Of a DNA stretch of 64,000 bases, positions 12,225 through 24,250 are shown piece after piece. Below the pieces are notes generated by a model, which searched no databases, was not told where the DNA came from, and was given only the letters and a program-made list of their open reading frames with translations. Source of the stretch: an uncultured Methanosarcinaceae archaeon (GTDB lineage: Archaea; Halobacteriota; Methanosarcinia; Methanosarcinales; Methanosarcinaceae); assembly GCA_963833425.1 (NCBI GenBank), contig CAWHXP010000007.1, positions 1 through 64,000 of the forward strand. The letters are read 5' to 3'. The position numbers and the translations under genes are program-made. Positions within the stretch are counted from its first letter, which is position 1. Each line of letters opens with the position of its first letter.

Positions 12225-13376
12225 TCATAACCTGTCGATAACCTGCATTGCAGCTTCTGTACCTGCCCCCACGCTGTCAATGTAACCTCGTTTATTCAGC
12301 ACAATTTCCAACTGCTGGATTGTTGAGAGCACATCTCTTGCAGTGATAATTCCCATGCACCCAATTCTGAAGAGTTTACCCTTCAGACGTTCTTGCCCAC
12401 CAGCGATGATTATACCACACTTCTTCATATCGTTTTTTAGATCCTCCCCATCAATTCCCGCAGGCGCCTTCATGGCAGAGACGGTGTTGGAGTAAGAGCT
12501 ATATTCATTAAGCTGTGGGAACATCTCGATGTTCATCTCGGCAACTGCTGCCCGTATGGCTTTCGTAAGAATCCTATGCCTTATAATTCGTGCCTCAATT
12601 CCTTCTTCTTGTACGATATGTAGAGCTTCCTGAAGTGCATAGAAGAGGGGAATTGCAGGGGTGTATGGTGTCTCAGGCTTGAGTTTGTTAGCACTTCTTT
12701 TATATGCTAGAAGATCGTTGTAATATGGCCTCTTTACTATCTCTTCCATAGCTTCAAAGGCTTTTTCACTTACTGAGACCGCAGCAAGTCCAGGAGGTGC
12801 CGCAAGACATTTCTGAGAGCCTACGACAGCGATGTCAACTCCCCATTCATCGACTTTGACGTCATCCCCACCAAGGGATGTCACTCCGTCCAAAATAAAA
12901 ATTGCTCCATATTTTTTAGTAAGTTTGCCAATTTCTGCAGCTGGGTTAAGTATGCCTGTGGAAGTTTCATTGTGAACAAGAGTAACAGCTTTTGCCCCAT
13001 CCTCGAGCTTTTCTTTGATAATTTCGATGTCAACAGGATGACCCCACTCGAAAACTAGAGGCACAACTTCCGCATAGAGAGCTGCAAGATCTCTGAAACG
13101 TTCTCCAAACTTTCCATTTTCGATCGCAATAACCTTATCGCCACTCTGAGTCACAGACCCAACTGCAGCTTCCATACCTGCAGTTCCAGAACCGCTAAGT
13201 ATAAAAATGTCATTATTTGTCTGAAAAATGCTGGAAAGTACTGTTCTGCAATCAGTATAGATACCTGCAAACTCCGTACTCCGATGATTGATCATCGGTT
13301 TTGACATTGCTCTAAGGACTCTGGGCGCAACGGGTACGGGACCAGGCATCATGAGAAGGTTATCTTCCAGATTCAT
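12225..13376 (-). CDS. Class V PLP aminotransferase (serine-pyruvate/alanine-glyoxylate family)
   Basis: LMMPGP, VHNETSTG, GSQKCL and FRIGCMG. Confidence 0.92.
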   Translation of the reverse strand: MNLEDNLLMMPGPVPVAPRVLRAMSKPMINHRSTEFAGIYTDCRTVLSSIFQTNNDIFILSGSGTAGMEAAVGSVTQSGDKVIAIENGKFGERFRDLAALYAEVVPLVFEWGHPVDIEIIKEKLEDGAKAVTLVHNETSTGILNPAAEIGKLTKKYGAIFILDGVTSLGGDDVKVDEWGVDIAVVGSQKCLAAPPGLAAVSVSEKAFEAMEEIVKRPYYNDLLAYKRSANKLKPETPYTPAIPLFYALQEALHIVQEEGIEARIIRHRILTKAIRAAVAEMNIEMFPQLNEYSSYSNTVSAMKAPAGIDGEDLKNDMKKCGIIIAGGQERLKGKLFRIGCMGIITARDVLSTIQQLEIVLNKRGYIDSVGAGTEAAMQVIDRL

Positions 13377-14479
13377 ATGTATTTATGCTCCACATTTTTT
13401 AATATTTAATTAATTTTTGTTTATTTACTTATTTAAATAAATTTATTAAAATCTGTAAATTTAAACTCTTTTTTATTTCAAACCTATGAAACAATCACGA
13501 TTTATATTCTTGTGGATATATGTATGCGAGAAGCTCCTGTGCATCTGACGCCTTAAATCTATTCAACAGGAAACAATAATATTCAAGTCACTTTGGACAT
13601 TTCAATACTGAATCAAATTCAAGATTTAGGTCTAAATTTAACCGTGGTAACATTTGCTCTGTTTTTAGCTTCCAATCTCAACCCTAACTCTACATCAGGA
13701 AAGAATTCAGCTCACTGGTCCTTAAATAGGCTTAATTAAATCGTTTTTTGCTACTAAGCCAACAGTTTTCCTTTTTTAGAACCAGCACAGCAGAATTTCC
13801 TTATGAATTTCCTTCTTTAATACATACAAACTACTGAGAGAATGAAATCAACAAATACTTTGTGAAAGAGCTCTTGTATTACCCTTGAGATTGCAGCTGG
13901 AAAATATATTTTTTTGTTACTTTCTACAACTAATCTCACTTCATATCCTAATATAATACTTCCAACAAGACTCCCCTTTCAAGCGCAGAACTTGTAAAAA
14001 ACCATGATATACCATCAAGTTTAATGCTTCTTCGCTAAAGTCAGCTGCTCCTTTTCAACTTTCTCAAAAGCGTCAAGTATTTTCCTGAAGAATAAAGCTT
14101 AGGTTACACATCTCAATACTCTTTGCTAGCAATAATGAGCTGAATTGATCATGCCCTTTAAGACAGATCCCTCTGATTAAACTACATTTCACTCCTTCTT
14201 TTTTTAAGATATTAGGATGTTGGAAGCTGCATATGTATTATCCATATTAATTATGATATTTAACCTCATTGGTTAACATAATTTGAAAGTAGATATATAA
14301 ATCATTTATAGAAATAAATAATAGATATAAGAGAAAAACTTAGCCTAAAAAATCAAGAAGAAAAAAATTAAATTCCAAGATATAACCAACTTAATTAAAG
14401 ATTGATATTCATGAAATTTACATAATTGAGAATGTATTAAGGAAAGAAAATAAAATTTTTGTGCCGCACAAACTCCAAA

Positions 14480-14730
14480 AAACTTATATGTTCGTACTCG
14501 CGCTCTGGTATAGAGGAAATATTCAAAATCAAATATTTTCATTTGCTTATCTGCCTCTTTTTCGTCCAGCTTCCCATGAGTCCCAACGTTCTTTTAATGA
14601 CATCGGAAATTGTAACATCACCCACAGTTCCAATGTATCTTCAGCACACAACAGCCAACCATCACAACTCTTTTTGTGAATTTCAGAGCATTCTTAAAAT
14701 ATATTACTTGCTTTGATACTCCTTTTTAAC
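14480..14730 (-). pseudogene. tnpA: 3' fragment of an IS200/IS605 transposase
   Basis: YIGTVGDVTISDVIK...KQMKIFDFE; its downstream end resembles those near 3945 and 17713. Confidence 0.65.
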
Positions 14731-16208
14731 CTTATCGCTATTGAATGAAAATATTTTAACTCAGCGTCAACGAAAATTGTACATGATTACAATGAATGCC
14801 TGAGATTGAATATTAATATATAGATCTATATGAATAATTAGAAAAAAAATAAAATTATTGAGAGAATAACTGAACGACTTTTAGAAAAATTATACATTTA
14901 CTCATAAAATGCAATATCATTTAAAATTTCGACTACAACATTTATTTTGATTTCACTAGCTGTTGCCCTAGCTATAATATAAAAGAAAAGCCAAACAGAG
15001 AGATAATTTTTTAAGAAAGATCCTAAAAATCAGCAATTAAAATTAAAGATTCTGCATCATTTTTTCCAAAATCAGCAACTTAGATCAAAATAATAATTTC
15101 CAGCTTATATTTCCCATAGTCTGATTGAAAATTATTTACTCCATAGTTTTGATGTCAATGCCAAGGTCCTTTATGAGTTCGCGACAGATGAAAGCATGAA
15201 TGCCACAGTTTAAGTCTAGTTGTCCAAAAATCTCAGATTGAGCATTTCTTATGAATATTTTGCGAAAAAATTCCCACAATCAGACCAACTGTCTTACATA
15301 AAGAAATGTTAATATAATTGATACGCACACTTTGATAAAAATATATATTATCAAACCATTTAAATCAAACTTTTTAGTACGATAATAGCATGAACCTCAT
15401 TTTTAACAAGTATTATTTTTTTCTGCAAATGTGTGGCGCAGCTGAACATATTAAATAAATTAGAAACAATATTTTGAAAAAAATAAATCTATAGATCATA
15501 TTGACAAGTACCGATTTTACAAAAACTTCTAACAGACATCATATTTTTTTATGCATACATTACTTCCTATAATGTGCATTTCCAATTATAACAAATAGAT
15601 ATCTCATCAATGAATAAGAAATGGAAACAAAAAAACACTTACTGTTTCACATGCGACAACATTATATTTTATCTGCAGAATCAATTTTTTAAGGATTAAA
15701 ATAACATCGTCATCTATAGGAAAATTTGTTATTATTTTTCACCTGATATACTGAAGATGATACAAAAAAAATTTTAAGAATGCCTAAATCACGTTATTTG
15801 TTCATTATTGCAAACAACCCAGTTTCATCATATCTACACAAGAATGCCATCTATTTTATTAACATGACAACAAATTAAAAGTGATCTTACTTTCAATTAA
15901 TAATAGGGGATAGATAAGAAACAAATAATGCACACACGTACATTTGAGGAATGGATCCTACATTACATCAAATTAAAGGAAAACAAGAGAAAGTAAACCA
16001 ATAGTGTATGACGAACATTAAGTTAGAAAAAAGAAATATTGGAAAAATTATGCCTAAAGCTTGAAAATAAATAAAATGGTAGAATTTAAATAGGCTTCAT
16101 GCACTTAAGCAGAAAAATAAAATTCTACACACTTTGTGAGTATATTTGCGTTTTTGACAAATGAAGGCTTAATACCATAGATTTCTCAGTTCTACCGAGT
16201 ATGTCCTA

Positions 16209-16436
16209 TTAAAGTTTGAGTTCTTTAGCCATCTCCTGAAAAACTTTTCCTTTATCAGTGGTGACGAAAAGCCCATTTTCATTCCTGATAAGTTCTCTCT
16301 CTCTTAGCATTTCCAGATATTTCTGGGCGATGTTAAAATTTAGATTTACCTCATATACGATATGAGTTTTCTTTGCTCCATTCATAGCTACTCTTAAAAT
16401 ATCTACTGCAATATCAGTCCTGCTCCTTCTTTTAAT
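16209..16436 (-). CDS. Small winged helix-turn-helix regulator, 75 aa; apparent ATT start (absent from the ORF track)
   Basis: (I/M)KRRSRTDIAVDILRVAMNGAKKTHIVYEVNLNFNIAQKYLEML...TTDKGKVF, an uninterrupted frame starting 7 nt after GGAGG. Confidence 0.85.
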   Translation of the reverse strand: MKRRSRTDIAVDILRVAMNGAKKTHIVYEVNLNFNIAQKYLEMLRERELIRNENGLFVTTDKGKVFQEMAKELKL

Positions 16437-17082
16437 ACTGATTCCTCCCCCACGGTTAACTTTAAAACAATCTTTGCGAAAAAAATTGCTTTAAAAATGA
16501 CTTAAAGCATATCTTTTTGTCGGTAACAAAGATCCTAACACTTTATCGTTCGCCTTTCTATATAACTATATCATTGTTATATAAAAATTCAAGTTATAAC
16601 AAAGTAGTTCAAATCTCGCTAATTTTTAATCTCTCTCAAATAAGTAGGGCTTACACAGTAGCATGCTCTTTAAATTTGTCTCTCTCAGACTGTTCCAATA
16701 TTACAATAAATTTAAATTTTATCTTAATTAGCTCATATTAAATTATTCTATTATTTTATGAATTTCTTTACTTTCAAGCAAGATCTAGTTTATAATTTTT
16801 TTGAATTCCAGCTTTAGAAAAGCTATTAATGAGAATGTCACATTTGCTTTCCTTAGCTCTTTTTCGTTGCCTGACATCTTTAAAAACAACATACTATTTC
16901 ATTACCCCATATATCCTTCAATTATCCATAATTTATTAGCAAGCTTCTTCCCTGAATTTGTCTTTACCCGGCATATTTGCGACCCAATACCACACTCTTC
17001 GAGTTTGGAACTATCCTATTAATGATCTCACATACCTATACACTTTCAGATTTCTCCCGACGTAGACTAAAGCGTTATCTAA

Positions 17083-17175
17083 TTTTTCAATGGAATAGCA
17101 ATTCAAAAATTAATCTGACTTTCAATGAATAGTAATAGACAAACAGGCAAATAAATATATAACTATGTACATCTG
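17083..17175 (+). repeat. Dispersed ~90-bp repeat, copy A
   Basis: Core AAAAATTAATCT..CTTTCAATGAATA..CAAA(C/T)AGGCAAA..ATCTG is shared with 53956-54048 and 55545-55638. Confidence 0.55.
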
Positions 17176-17699
17176 CAGGATATCGAATGATAGCTTAGAT
17201 GTTATTTCCGCTCGTAAATCAAGCATAAAAAATGATGAATTCCAGCTTAAACTCAGTCATTTTTCTTTATCAAGCATATTAGAGGGATTATTACACTTGG
17301 TTTATTGTTATCATCGATATTTAAAACCAACAGACAAATTAAATTCACTACTACCCAAAACAAGGTAGTCAGATGAATTACCTTTAACAATATGGTGTTT
17401 ACCACCTCAATCATACAAAAAATATATGCTTTCATCATAAAATTCATATAATTTTGAGTAATCGACAATCAGATGATCTTCTTTAGAGTAAAAAATTTCC
17501 TCACCCCAGCCTTAAGAATTCTGTACCAAAAAGTTATTTGTGAAGGGCATGAGTAAAAAAATGATAGGATGATCATTTGAGACAGGAATAATAGAGAGCA
17601 GACTCGATAATATAAAAACAGCAGAATCGGTGATAACAAAAATATCATTAAAATCTTTGAATAATATACACAAGTCAAATTTGCAATGTGCCTCTCACT

Positions 17700-18130
17700 T
17701 AAAGAACGAGGTGTTTCGCGCCTCTGCGCTGGATATAACGGAGATTATTCAAACCCCAATTTTTAATTTGCTTACATTCTTCATTTTCGCCCCGATTTCC
17801 CTGATTTTAAATAGGCTTTAAATTAAATCGGAAGTTTACCAGCACCAAGTTTCCAACGTAAGGTCAATAAGGTTATATTAAATTTAGTTCTAAAAACCGT
17901 TATGAGATGAATCATTAAATTGATATCAAAGACTCAAATGTGACTTTGATCACAAACTCTAAATTTAATACTTCGCCAAAATATCTTTTCCACTCTTTAC
18001 CCATTTGTTTGCCTCAAATATTCCAGCATCGTATAATGATTAACTTTTGCCCCAACAAACCATCGATTAGAAGCACAAATGAATCTAATCTAGATTTCAT
18101 TTCATTCAAAAACTTAGTTCTCTTTTGACA
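17700..18130 (-). pseudogene. tnpA: Highly degraded IS200/IS605 transposase relic
   Basis: C-terminal TSD..NQGNRGENEE and a right-end sequence matching the other relics; the 5' part is barely recognisable. Confidence 0.5.
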
Positions 18131-19426
18131 ATTGCAAAATATTTTTTCTAAAAGTGTACCATATGTTTTTTTAGCAAGAAGATATTAGCCATAAAAATAA
18201 TTGATATCGCCGAGAAGTTCGATAAAGTAAGCGAGGTATTAAACATTCATTTTATTTTCTTATAGTAGCAACCGGTAAAGTAAATTTTTTACTTTTGCTA
18301 TTGATGTTGATACAGAAATATGAGGAAAAAACTTATCTACTTATCAGCATGTCCAAGTACCATGCCACCTTGGTAAGATAAATCTGGTTTTCCACATTAG
18401 GGATAATTGGTGTAATTAACGGCGAATTCATAGGTACTATCTATCTTCATGACTTCTATTAAGTTTTAAAAGAGAATAATTCATTCACTCAAATAAGATT
18501 TTCATGTTATTTTTTGAAGTGGTAACACAGGTATTTTTCGAACACAAATTTTGAGACTTCTTTGAGACGTAGTGAACTGAATTCACGGTGACTTTCAGAC
18601 TCACAATTGATAAAAAACTAGTTACATGACTGAGTGAATCATTTATCTTGAGATCAAGAGAGAATTTTGATAAACCTCAATTTATTGTTAATTACATATT
18701 AATTGGGAATAAATTATTCGTGAAGATCAGAGTCACATAGAATTTCTAAGGATCTTTAGAGGGCGACATATAACAGCAATACACATTTTTGATTTTATTC
18801 TGATTCGAGAAATGGTTTCACATCTAACTAAATTTTGAACCATTAAGCAATTCACATGGTTTTTGCCAACTACTTACTAAGAACTTTTGATTTAAGCAAA
18901 CTTTGTATTACCATAAAAATTTAAGACAAAGAATTAAGCGCACCATCTTCAGCATCTTACCTCTAGCACAATTTTCCTTAATTTGCAGGAATTGAGAGAT
19001 TTTATGAAATCGCAAATTAAGAGAATCCAAATAAGATAATTAAATCAGTATTTATGAAAAAATATAGTAATTAAAACGATTAAAAATAGGTAAAAATGAA
19101 AAATAAAATTATTGAAAACACTTATTTTTCCTTTTTTTACTTTTTGGAGTTATCTTATTGATATAATCTAAAATTAAAAAATTAATGACTATTGAAATAA
19201 TATTAGTCCATTAAGATAAATATTTATATTTAGTATAATGTAGTTCTATTATGTAAAAACGTAAAAAAACTTTGGAGTGGAGGAAAAACATGAAAATTAG
19301 AATTATTAATTCCAGAGAAGAAATTCTCCCCTTTTAATCCATAATGAGCTCGTTGTTCACCTGAATTTCAGACACCATAGCAAGGATATTTTTGATTAGC
19401 AAAAATTGTTAAAAAATTATAACACT

Positions 19427-19468
19427 CTCTCAAATCTTACACTTACACTCTCAAATCTTACACTTACA
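19427..19468. repeat. Perfect 21-bp tandem duplication
   Basis: CTCTCAAATCTTACACTTACA x2. Confidence 0.85.
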
Positions 19469-19869
19469 TAAACATGGCTTAAAGTCCATCGAAATGTCCC
19501 TTAATATAAGGAAATAAGTTTTGAAAGAAATTTAATAGGTAGCGGTAAGGATTCTATACATAGCACGTTAGCTTTGAAAGACAGACTGTACAAATGGGGG
19601 AAGAAAAATGAAAAATAAAATTTTGCTGATGACACAATTTTATCCACATCTAATAACGTTATCGTTAACAAGGCTTACGGAATACTACCCAATATCTAGG
19701 AACACAATAATTAATTAATCAAAATTCTGGTCGCTTTAGATTTTCAAGAGTTTTGAAAATCTCAAAAAATTTCACGACATTTTTCAAAAATACTTTTCAG
19801 ATTTGATCAAGAATTAAGAATGCAACCAAAATTATTGACAGATTTCACTTAGTTTTGGGGGGTATTAAA

Positions 19870-22002
19870 ATGTCAGAATATAAGTTTTTACTTAATCAAA
19901 AAACTAAAGAATTTTATTCTGAGCGACATCATATAATATCGGTTTTAAGAAGAGAATTAGTACTTCTTTCCCTAGTAAGTTGCCTTGTACTTGCAAGCGT
20001 TCATACTGCTTTATGCAGAACTTCCGTGCCTGTAATTTATATTGCAGGAGATGGTAGTGGAGATTTTAATTGCTATGGAAAAAATGACAATGTACAGATC
20101 AACGAAGCCCTAAAATATGTAGCAGGAAACCCCGGATATACAACTGTCCACCTTAAAGGACCTTTTACGTACGCCATAAATGATACTCTTCTGATCGGCA
20201 GCAATACAATTCTGGAAGGAGACCCTACTGCTGTGATTAAACTGATGGATCATGCTGGATGGTATACAATGAAACCCCTGATCCAGCAGATGAACTGTTC
20301 AGGAAACAATAACATTATAATAAAGGGCTTTGAGGTTAATGTAAATGCTGCTGGTAATAGTGAAATCAAATTAGGGAGAGGATACTATAATGTAATTTAT
20401 TTCAAACATTCTGAAAATATAAAAGTATACGATATGTACATACATGATGGAATGGGAGACGGGCTGAGAATAAATCAGTGCAAAAACGTTCAGTTCTATA
20501 ACAACAGCATATACAAACTAGGGCATGACGGAATGTTTGCAATTGGGTGTGAGAACGTGGAAGCCTGGAACAACAGAATCGTCTGCAGGACAAATAGCGC
20601 TCTTAGAATATGGAACTCTAACAAAGTAAAATTGCACAATAACATAATAGATTCTTTCTATCATCGGACTGCAGGTGGACCTGGTATTCAGATCGAAAAG
20701 AGTTCTGGAATTATGGATAATATAGAAGTCTACGAGAATACTATCCACGATACATATGGACCTGGAATCTGGTTCTTTAATTATGATACCTCTCTTGATA
20801 CCAGAGATCAGGGAAAGAATATCCATATTCATCACAATATCTTCTACAATACAGGCACTAATCCTATAATTAAGTGGGTAGGGGGCATTCTTGGAAGTAG
20901 ATTCCATGGCACTCTTATCGAAAATAATGTTTTTGATGGAGTATACCATGCGGCCATTGTCCTCTTGCATCCTAATGATTACTCATTTGAATATTCACCA
21001 AAAGAAGGATACAAGACGATTGTGCGTAATAACATAATCGTAGATACTCAGAAACGAAAAAATAATCCTGAAGGGACAGGGTATGCAGTTATGAATTATC
21101 TTCCTGAAACTCATTACATTATCCTGGAAAATAACTGCCTTTATAAGAATGCTGGTGGGAATTATATGAACGCGAACTCAACGACTGATATTTATGCAGA
21201 CCCACTCTTTGCAGATCAAAAAAATCATGACTACCATTTAAAGGTTCCAATAATCGCAATGGGTATACCTACTGCACATTTCAAAATCAATCCAACTGCT
21301 GGTCCTGTTCCACTTACTGTACAATTCACGGATAAAACTACAGGATCACCAACGTCTTGGTACTGGGACTTTGGAGATGGAACTACTTCTACCCTACAGA
21401 ATCCAGTGCATATCTACGATACAGCAGGAATCTATACCCCTAAACTGACAGCAAGCAATATAGCCGGTACAAACACGATGACATCGACTGTTCCAATAAT
21501 CGCAATGGGTATACCTACTGCACATTTCAGAATCAATCCAACTGCTGGTCCTGTTCCACTTACTGTACAATTCACGGATAAAACTACAGGATCACCAACG
21601 TCTTGGTACTGGGACTTTGGAGATGGAACTACTTCTACCCTACAGAATCCAGTGCATATCTACGATACAGCAGGAATCTATACCCCTAAACTGACAGCAA
21701 GCAATATAGCCGGTACAAACACGATGACATCGACTGTTCCAATAATCGCAATGGGTATACCTACTGCACATTTCAGAATCAATCCAACTGCTGGTCCTGT
21801 TCCACTTACTGTACAATTCACGGATAGAACTACAGGATCACCAACGTCTTGGTACTGGGACTTTGGAGATGGAACTACTTCTACCCTACAGAATCCAGTG
21901 CATATCTACGATACAGCAGGAATCTATACCCCTAAACTGACAGCAAGCAATATAGCCGGTACAAACACGATGACATCGACTGTTCCAATCACTGTAACAT
22001 AA
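19870..22002 (+). CDS. Cell-surface protein: right-handed beta-helix (disaggregatase-related) plus 3 PKD domains
   Basis: Hydrophobic signal-like segment, AGDGSGDFNC N-terminus, Asn-rich beta-helix repeats, three WYWDFGDG PKD repeats. Confidence 0.85.
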   Translation: MSEYKFLLNQKTKEFYSERHHIISVLRRELVLLSLVSCLVLASVHTALCRTSVPVIYIAGDGSGDFNCYGKNDNVQINEALKYVAGNPGYTTVHLKGPFTYAINDTLLIGSNTILEGDPTAVIKLMDHAGWYTMKPLIQQMNCSGNNNIIIKGFEVNVNAAGNSEIKLGRGYYNVIYFKHSENIKVYDMYIHDGMGDGLRINQCKNVQFYNNSIYKLGHDGMFAIGCENVEAWNNRIVCRTNSALRIWNSNKVKLHNNIIDSFYHRTAGGPGIQIEKSSGIMDNIEVYENTIHDTYGPGIWFFNYDTSLDTRDQGKNIHIHHNIFYNTGTNPIIKWVGGILGSRFHGTLIENNVFDGVYHAAIVLLHPNDYSFEYSPKEGYKTIVRNNIIVDTQKRKNNPEGTGYAVMNYLPETHYIILENNCLYKNAGGNYMNANSTTDIYADPLFADQKNHDYHLKVPIIAMGIPTAHFKINPTAGPVPLTVQFTDKTTGSPTSWYWDFGDGTTSTLQNPVHIYDTAGIYTPKLTASNIAGTNTMTSTVPIIAMGIPTAHFRINPTAGPVPLTVQFTDKTTGSPTSWYWDFGDGTTSTLQNPVHIYDTAGIYTPKLTASNIAGTNTMTSTVPIIAMGIPTAHFRINPTAGPVPLTVQFTDRTTGSPTSWYWDFGDGTTSTLQNPVHIYDTAGIYTPKLTASNIAGTNTMTSTVPITVT
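21244..21989 (+). repeat. Three near-identical 246-bp tandem units encoding PKD domains
   Basis: Units start at 21244, 21490 and 21736, with a partial unit at 21982. I see only two substitutions among them. Confidence 0.95.
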
Positions 22003-22629
22003 CCAACATAGCAGGCTCCTAATTAGCCCGAAAAACTATTAACTGGGTAAAAGATCAACTAGATAGGGTGTGTCAACAAAGAGGAAAACACGAATGCAGT
22101 AAAATATTGTAATTGATACTTCAAGCAATCAAGTTAAGTAACAGCGAGTATTTGAATAGCGAGTATTTTAATAAGCATCCAAAATGCCTAAAAATAAATA
22201 AAAGATGAAGAGTCAAAAAACTCCTTTTCTAATCTTTTATACTCATAAGCCCCCTAAAGTTTGCTGCGAATACTGCTACAGGGACATAATGCAGCCCAAA
22301 GATCAGGACCATGCAATGACAATTCTATTTATTTTAAGTAGAACTATATCGTTAAAATGCAAAAAATATGTAATAAATTAAATCTAATTACATGTTGAAG
22401 GTTTCGCTACACTTTAGATTATAATACCTATAGACTAATAAAATAAAGTAGAAGAAATCTCTTTTGAAATTTGAGCATATAACATACAAATATTATATTT
22501 TTATAGCCATATATATTTGCAAAACTTTGCTACGGATACTGCAGTAAGAGCATAGGAAGTCCAAACACAAATTATTGCTGATTCACTATGGTATATGGGG
22601 GTCAATTTAGAAAGCCTTCCTAACTTCAT

Positions 22630-22950
22630 TGCTTATTCTCTCTCAGGATCTTCCCATATAACCGTAACTCTAGGACTTTTACCACGTTCACGAATTGATG
22701 TTATTATCATCCCCAAATATACTAATTCTTGTAGAGCTCTTGTGAAAGATCTTTTATTGACACCAAAAATATCCTTTGCTTTAGAACTGGGAACAACAAG
22801 ATCTGTTTTTGTTTGCTTTTAAGCCCTTAAAGTACCAAATATACAAAGCTAATTTAGCAGCATTTACATTACCTTGTAGCAGCAAAGCTTTCTGAATCCA
22901 AGGAAGTGGAATATTTGGGATAAAATGATGTTAATTTTTTATTATTTGTC
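22630..22950 (-). pseudogene. Degraded small HTH-type protein of a mobile element
   Basis: Frameshifted FIPNIPLPWIQKA..IWYFKG..FGVNKRSFTRALQELVYLGMI..RGKSPRVTVI, directly downstream of the PolA relic. Confidence 0.5.
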
Positions 22951-23028
22951 AAAGTATCTACCCATATAATATTAAATACTGATATATCTAAAAATAATTA
23001 ATATGACGGAGTAGAATCCGTGTCTCTT

Positions 23029-23072
23029 TAAATAGTCACAGATCTCTATGTAAATAGCCACAGATTCTTATG
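23029..23072. repeat. Imperfect 22-bp tandem repeat (iteron-like)
   Basis: TAAATAGTCACAGATCTCTATG followed by TAAATAGCCACAGATTCTTATG. Confidence 0.6.
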
Positions 23073-23081
23073 TCGCATTTA

Positions 23082-23752
23082 TCAAGCACCAAAACTTTCG
23101 GCTTTTATTACTTCCATAATTCTTAGGACCCGATTCCAAGTCTCAATCCCTCTAGGGTCTGAGCATCTTTCAGTGTATTTGATGACATCAACGTCAGTTT
23201 CAATAGAATTACCAAAACCCAAAACCATGGTAGATGCTTCCGTCATTAACTTTTGAGCTTTCGGAATAATCTCATCCACCTCTTCTTCGCCGCATTCGAT
23301 AAGAATTGCGTCATGAATAGGAGCAATGATTTTGATACAATTCTCTGCAGGAAGAATGCAAGCAACTTTGAGAATTTCTGCACCTGTTGATTGACAAGGA
23401 AAGTTTTTAATCGTCCTTCCTTCTTTCATTTCTCCCCCAAAAATGTGCAATTGCCAACCAAAACAGGTTGTATTCGTTTAGACAACAGAGTTGTATCAAA
23501 ACATGCTCACACCAGTCCCAATATCTTTTATAAACCCGTTTATGGTGTCTCAGTAATTCTTTAGCATATGGATAGGTTTTCCGACACTCAAAGCCAGATT
23601 ACCAGGCCCCATACCGTATTGAACCCCAAATACACAAGCCTTAAAAAGATCTCTTGTAGCTTTATGAGTAAATTTTGTAGCTTCAAGCGGCACTATACTG
23701 CCTGTTTTGCAAATGCTAAATCAGGATCTCCTGTGAAATATGCAGCTTTCAT
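23082..23752 (-). pseudogene. Family A DNA polymerase (PolA-like), C-terminal relic
   Basis: Frameshifted GDP.LAFAK, motif B RDLFKACVFGVQYGMG, NFPCQSTGAEI and motif C APIHDAILIE. Confidence 0.8.
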
Positions 23753-24250
23753 TTCTTACGGCGTTTCTCCACATCTGAAGCACTCTTGAATTGAAGCGGC
23801 GATCCTTTGGCTGCTTTCCCGCGAGAAGTTGAGAAATTCGTACTCTAAATAAAGCTTCAAATCATCAAAGTATTTTCCCTGCCTACTTTGCTTGAATCTT
23901 AATATTTCAATATTTATTATCCCCTTAGAATTTAAGCTGTTTACTTAAATTAACAATTCTTAACCAGTCTAATTTCTTCAGGTCGCTCTGTCACTAGTTC
24001 AAAGAATGCATCGAATACGGATCTCATTAGTTGACAATAGAAATATTCAGATGAGGGGTTGAAGTTGCCACTTTCATGGAACGCCTTTCTAGAACAGCGA
24101 CCACACAAGGCCTATAGGCACATGGTCCACATCAAATGACTGTAATCACTCAAAAAAACCAGAAGAAATAAAAAAGATATAACATTGTAATGCGGAGTAG
24201 AATATACCTGCGACAAAAAGCTTTAAGATAATAAGCCCATAAAGCAGGCT

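Noticed and set aside
13500..14200. Probable decayed gene on the minus strand (GGAGTGA SD and ATG near 14186)
   Set aside because: Too degraded to assign a family by eye.
19420..19470. 21-bp tandem repeat (and the 9-mer array at 34817-34885) as a CRISPR array
   Set aside because: Units are adjacent with no spacers, and there are no cas genes in the window.
23760..23790. VSPHLKHS as a tyrosine-recombinase HxLRH fragment
   Set aside because: Short, imperfect and unsupported by flanking sequence.
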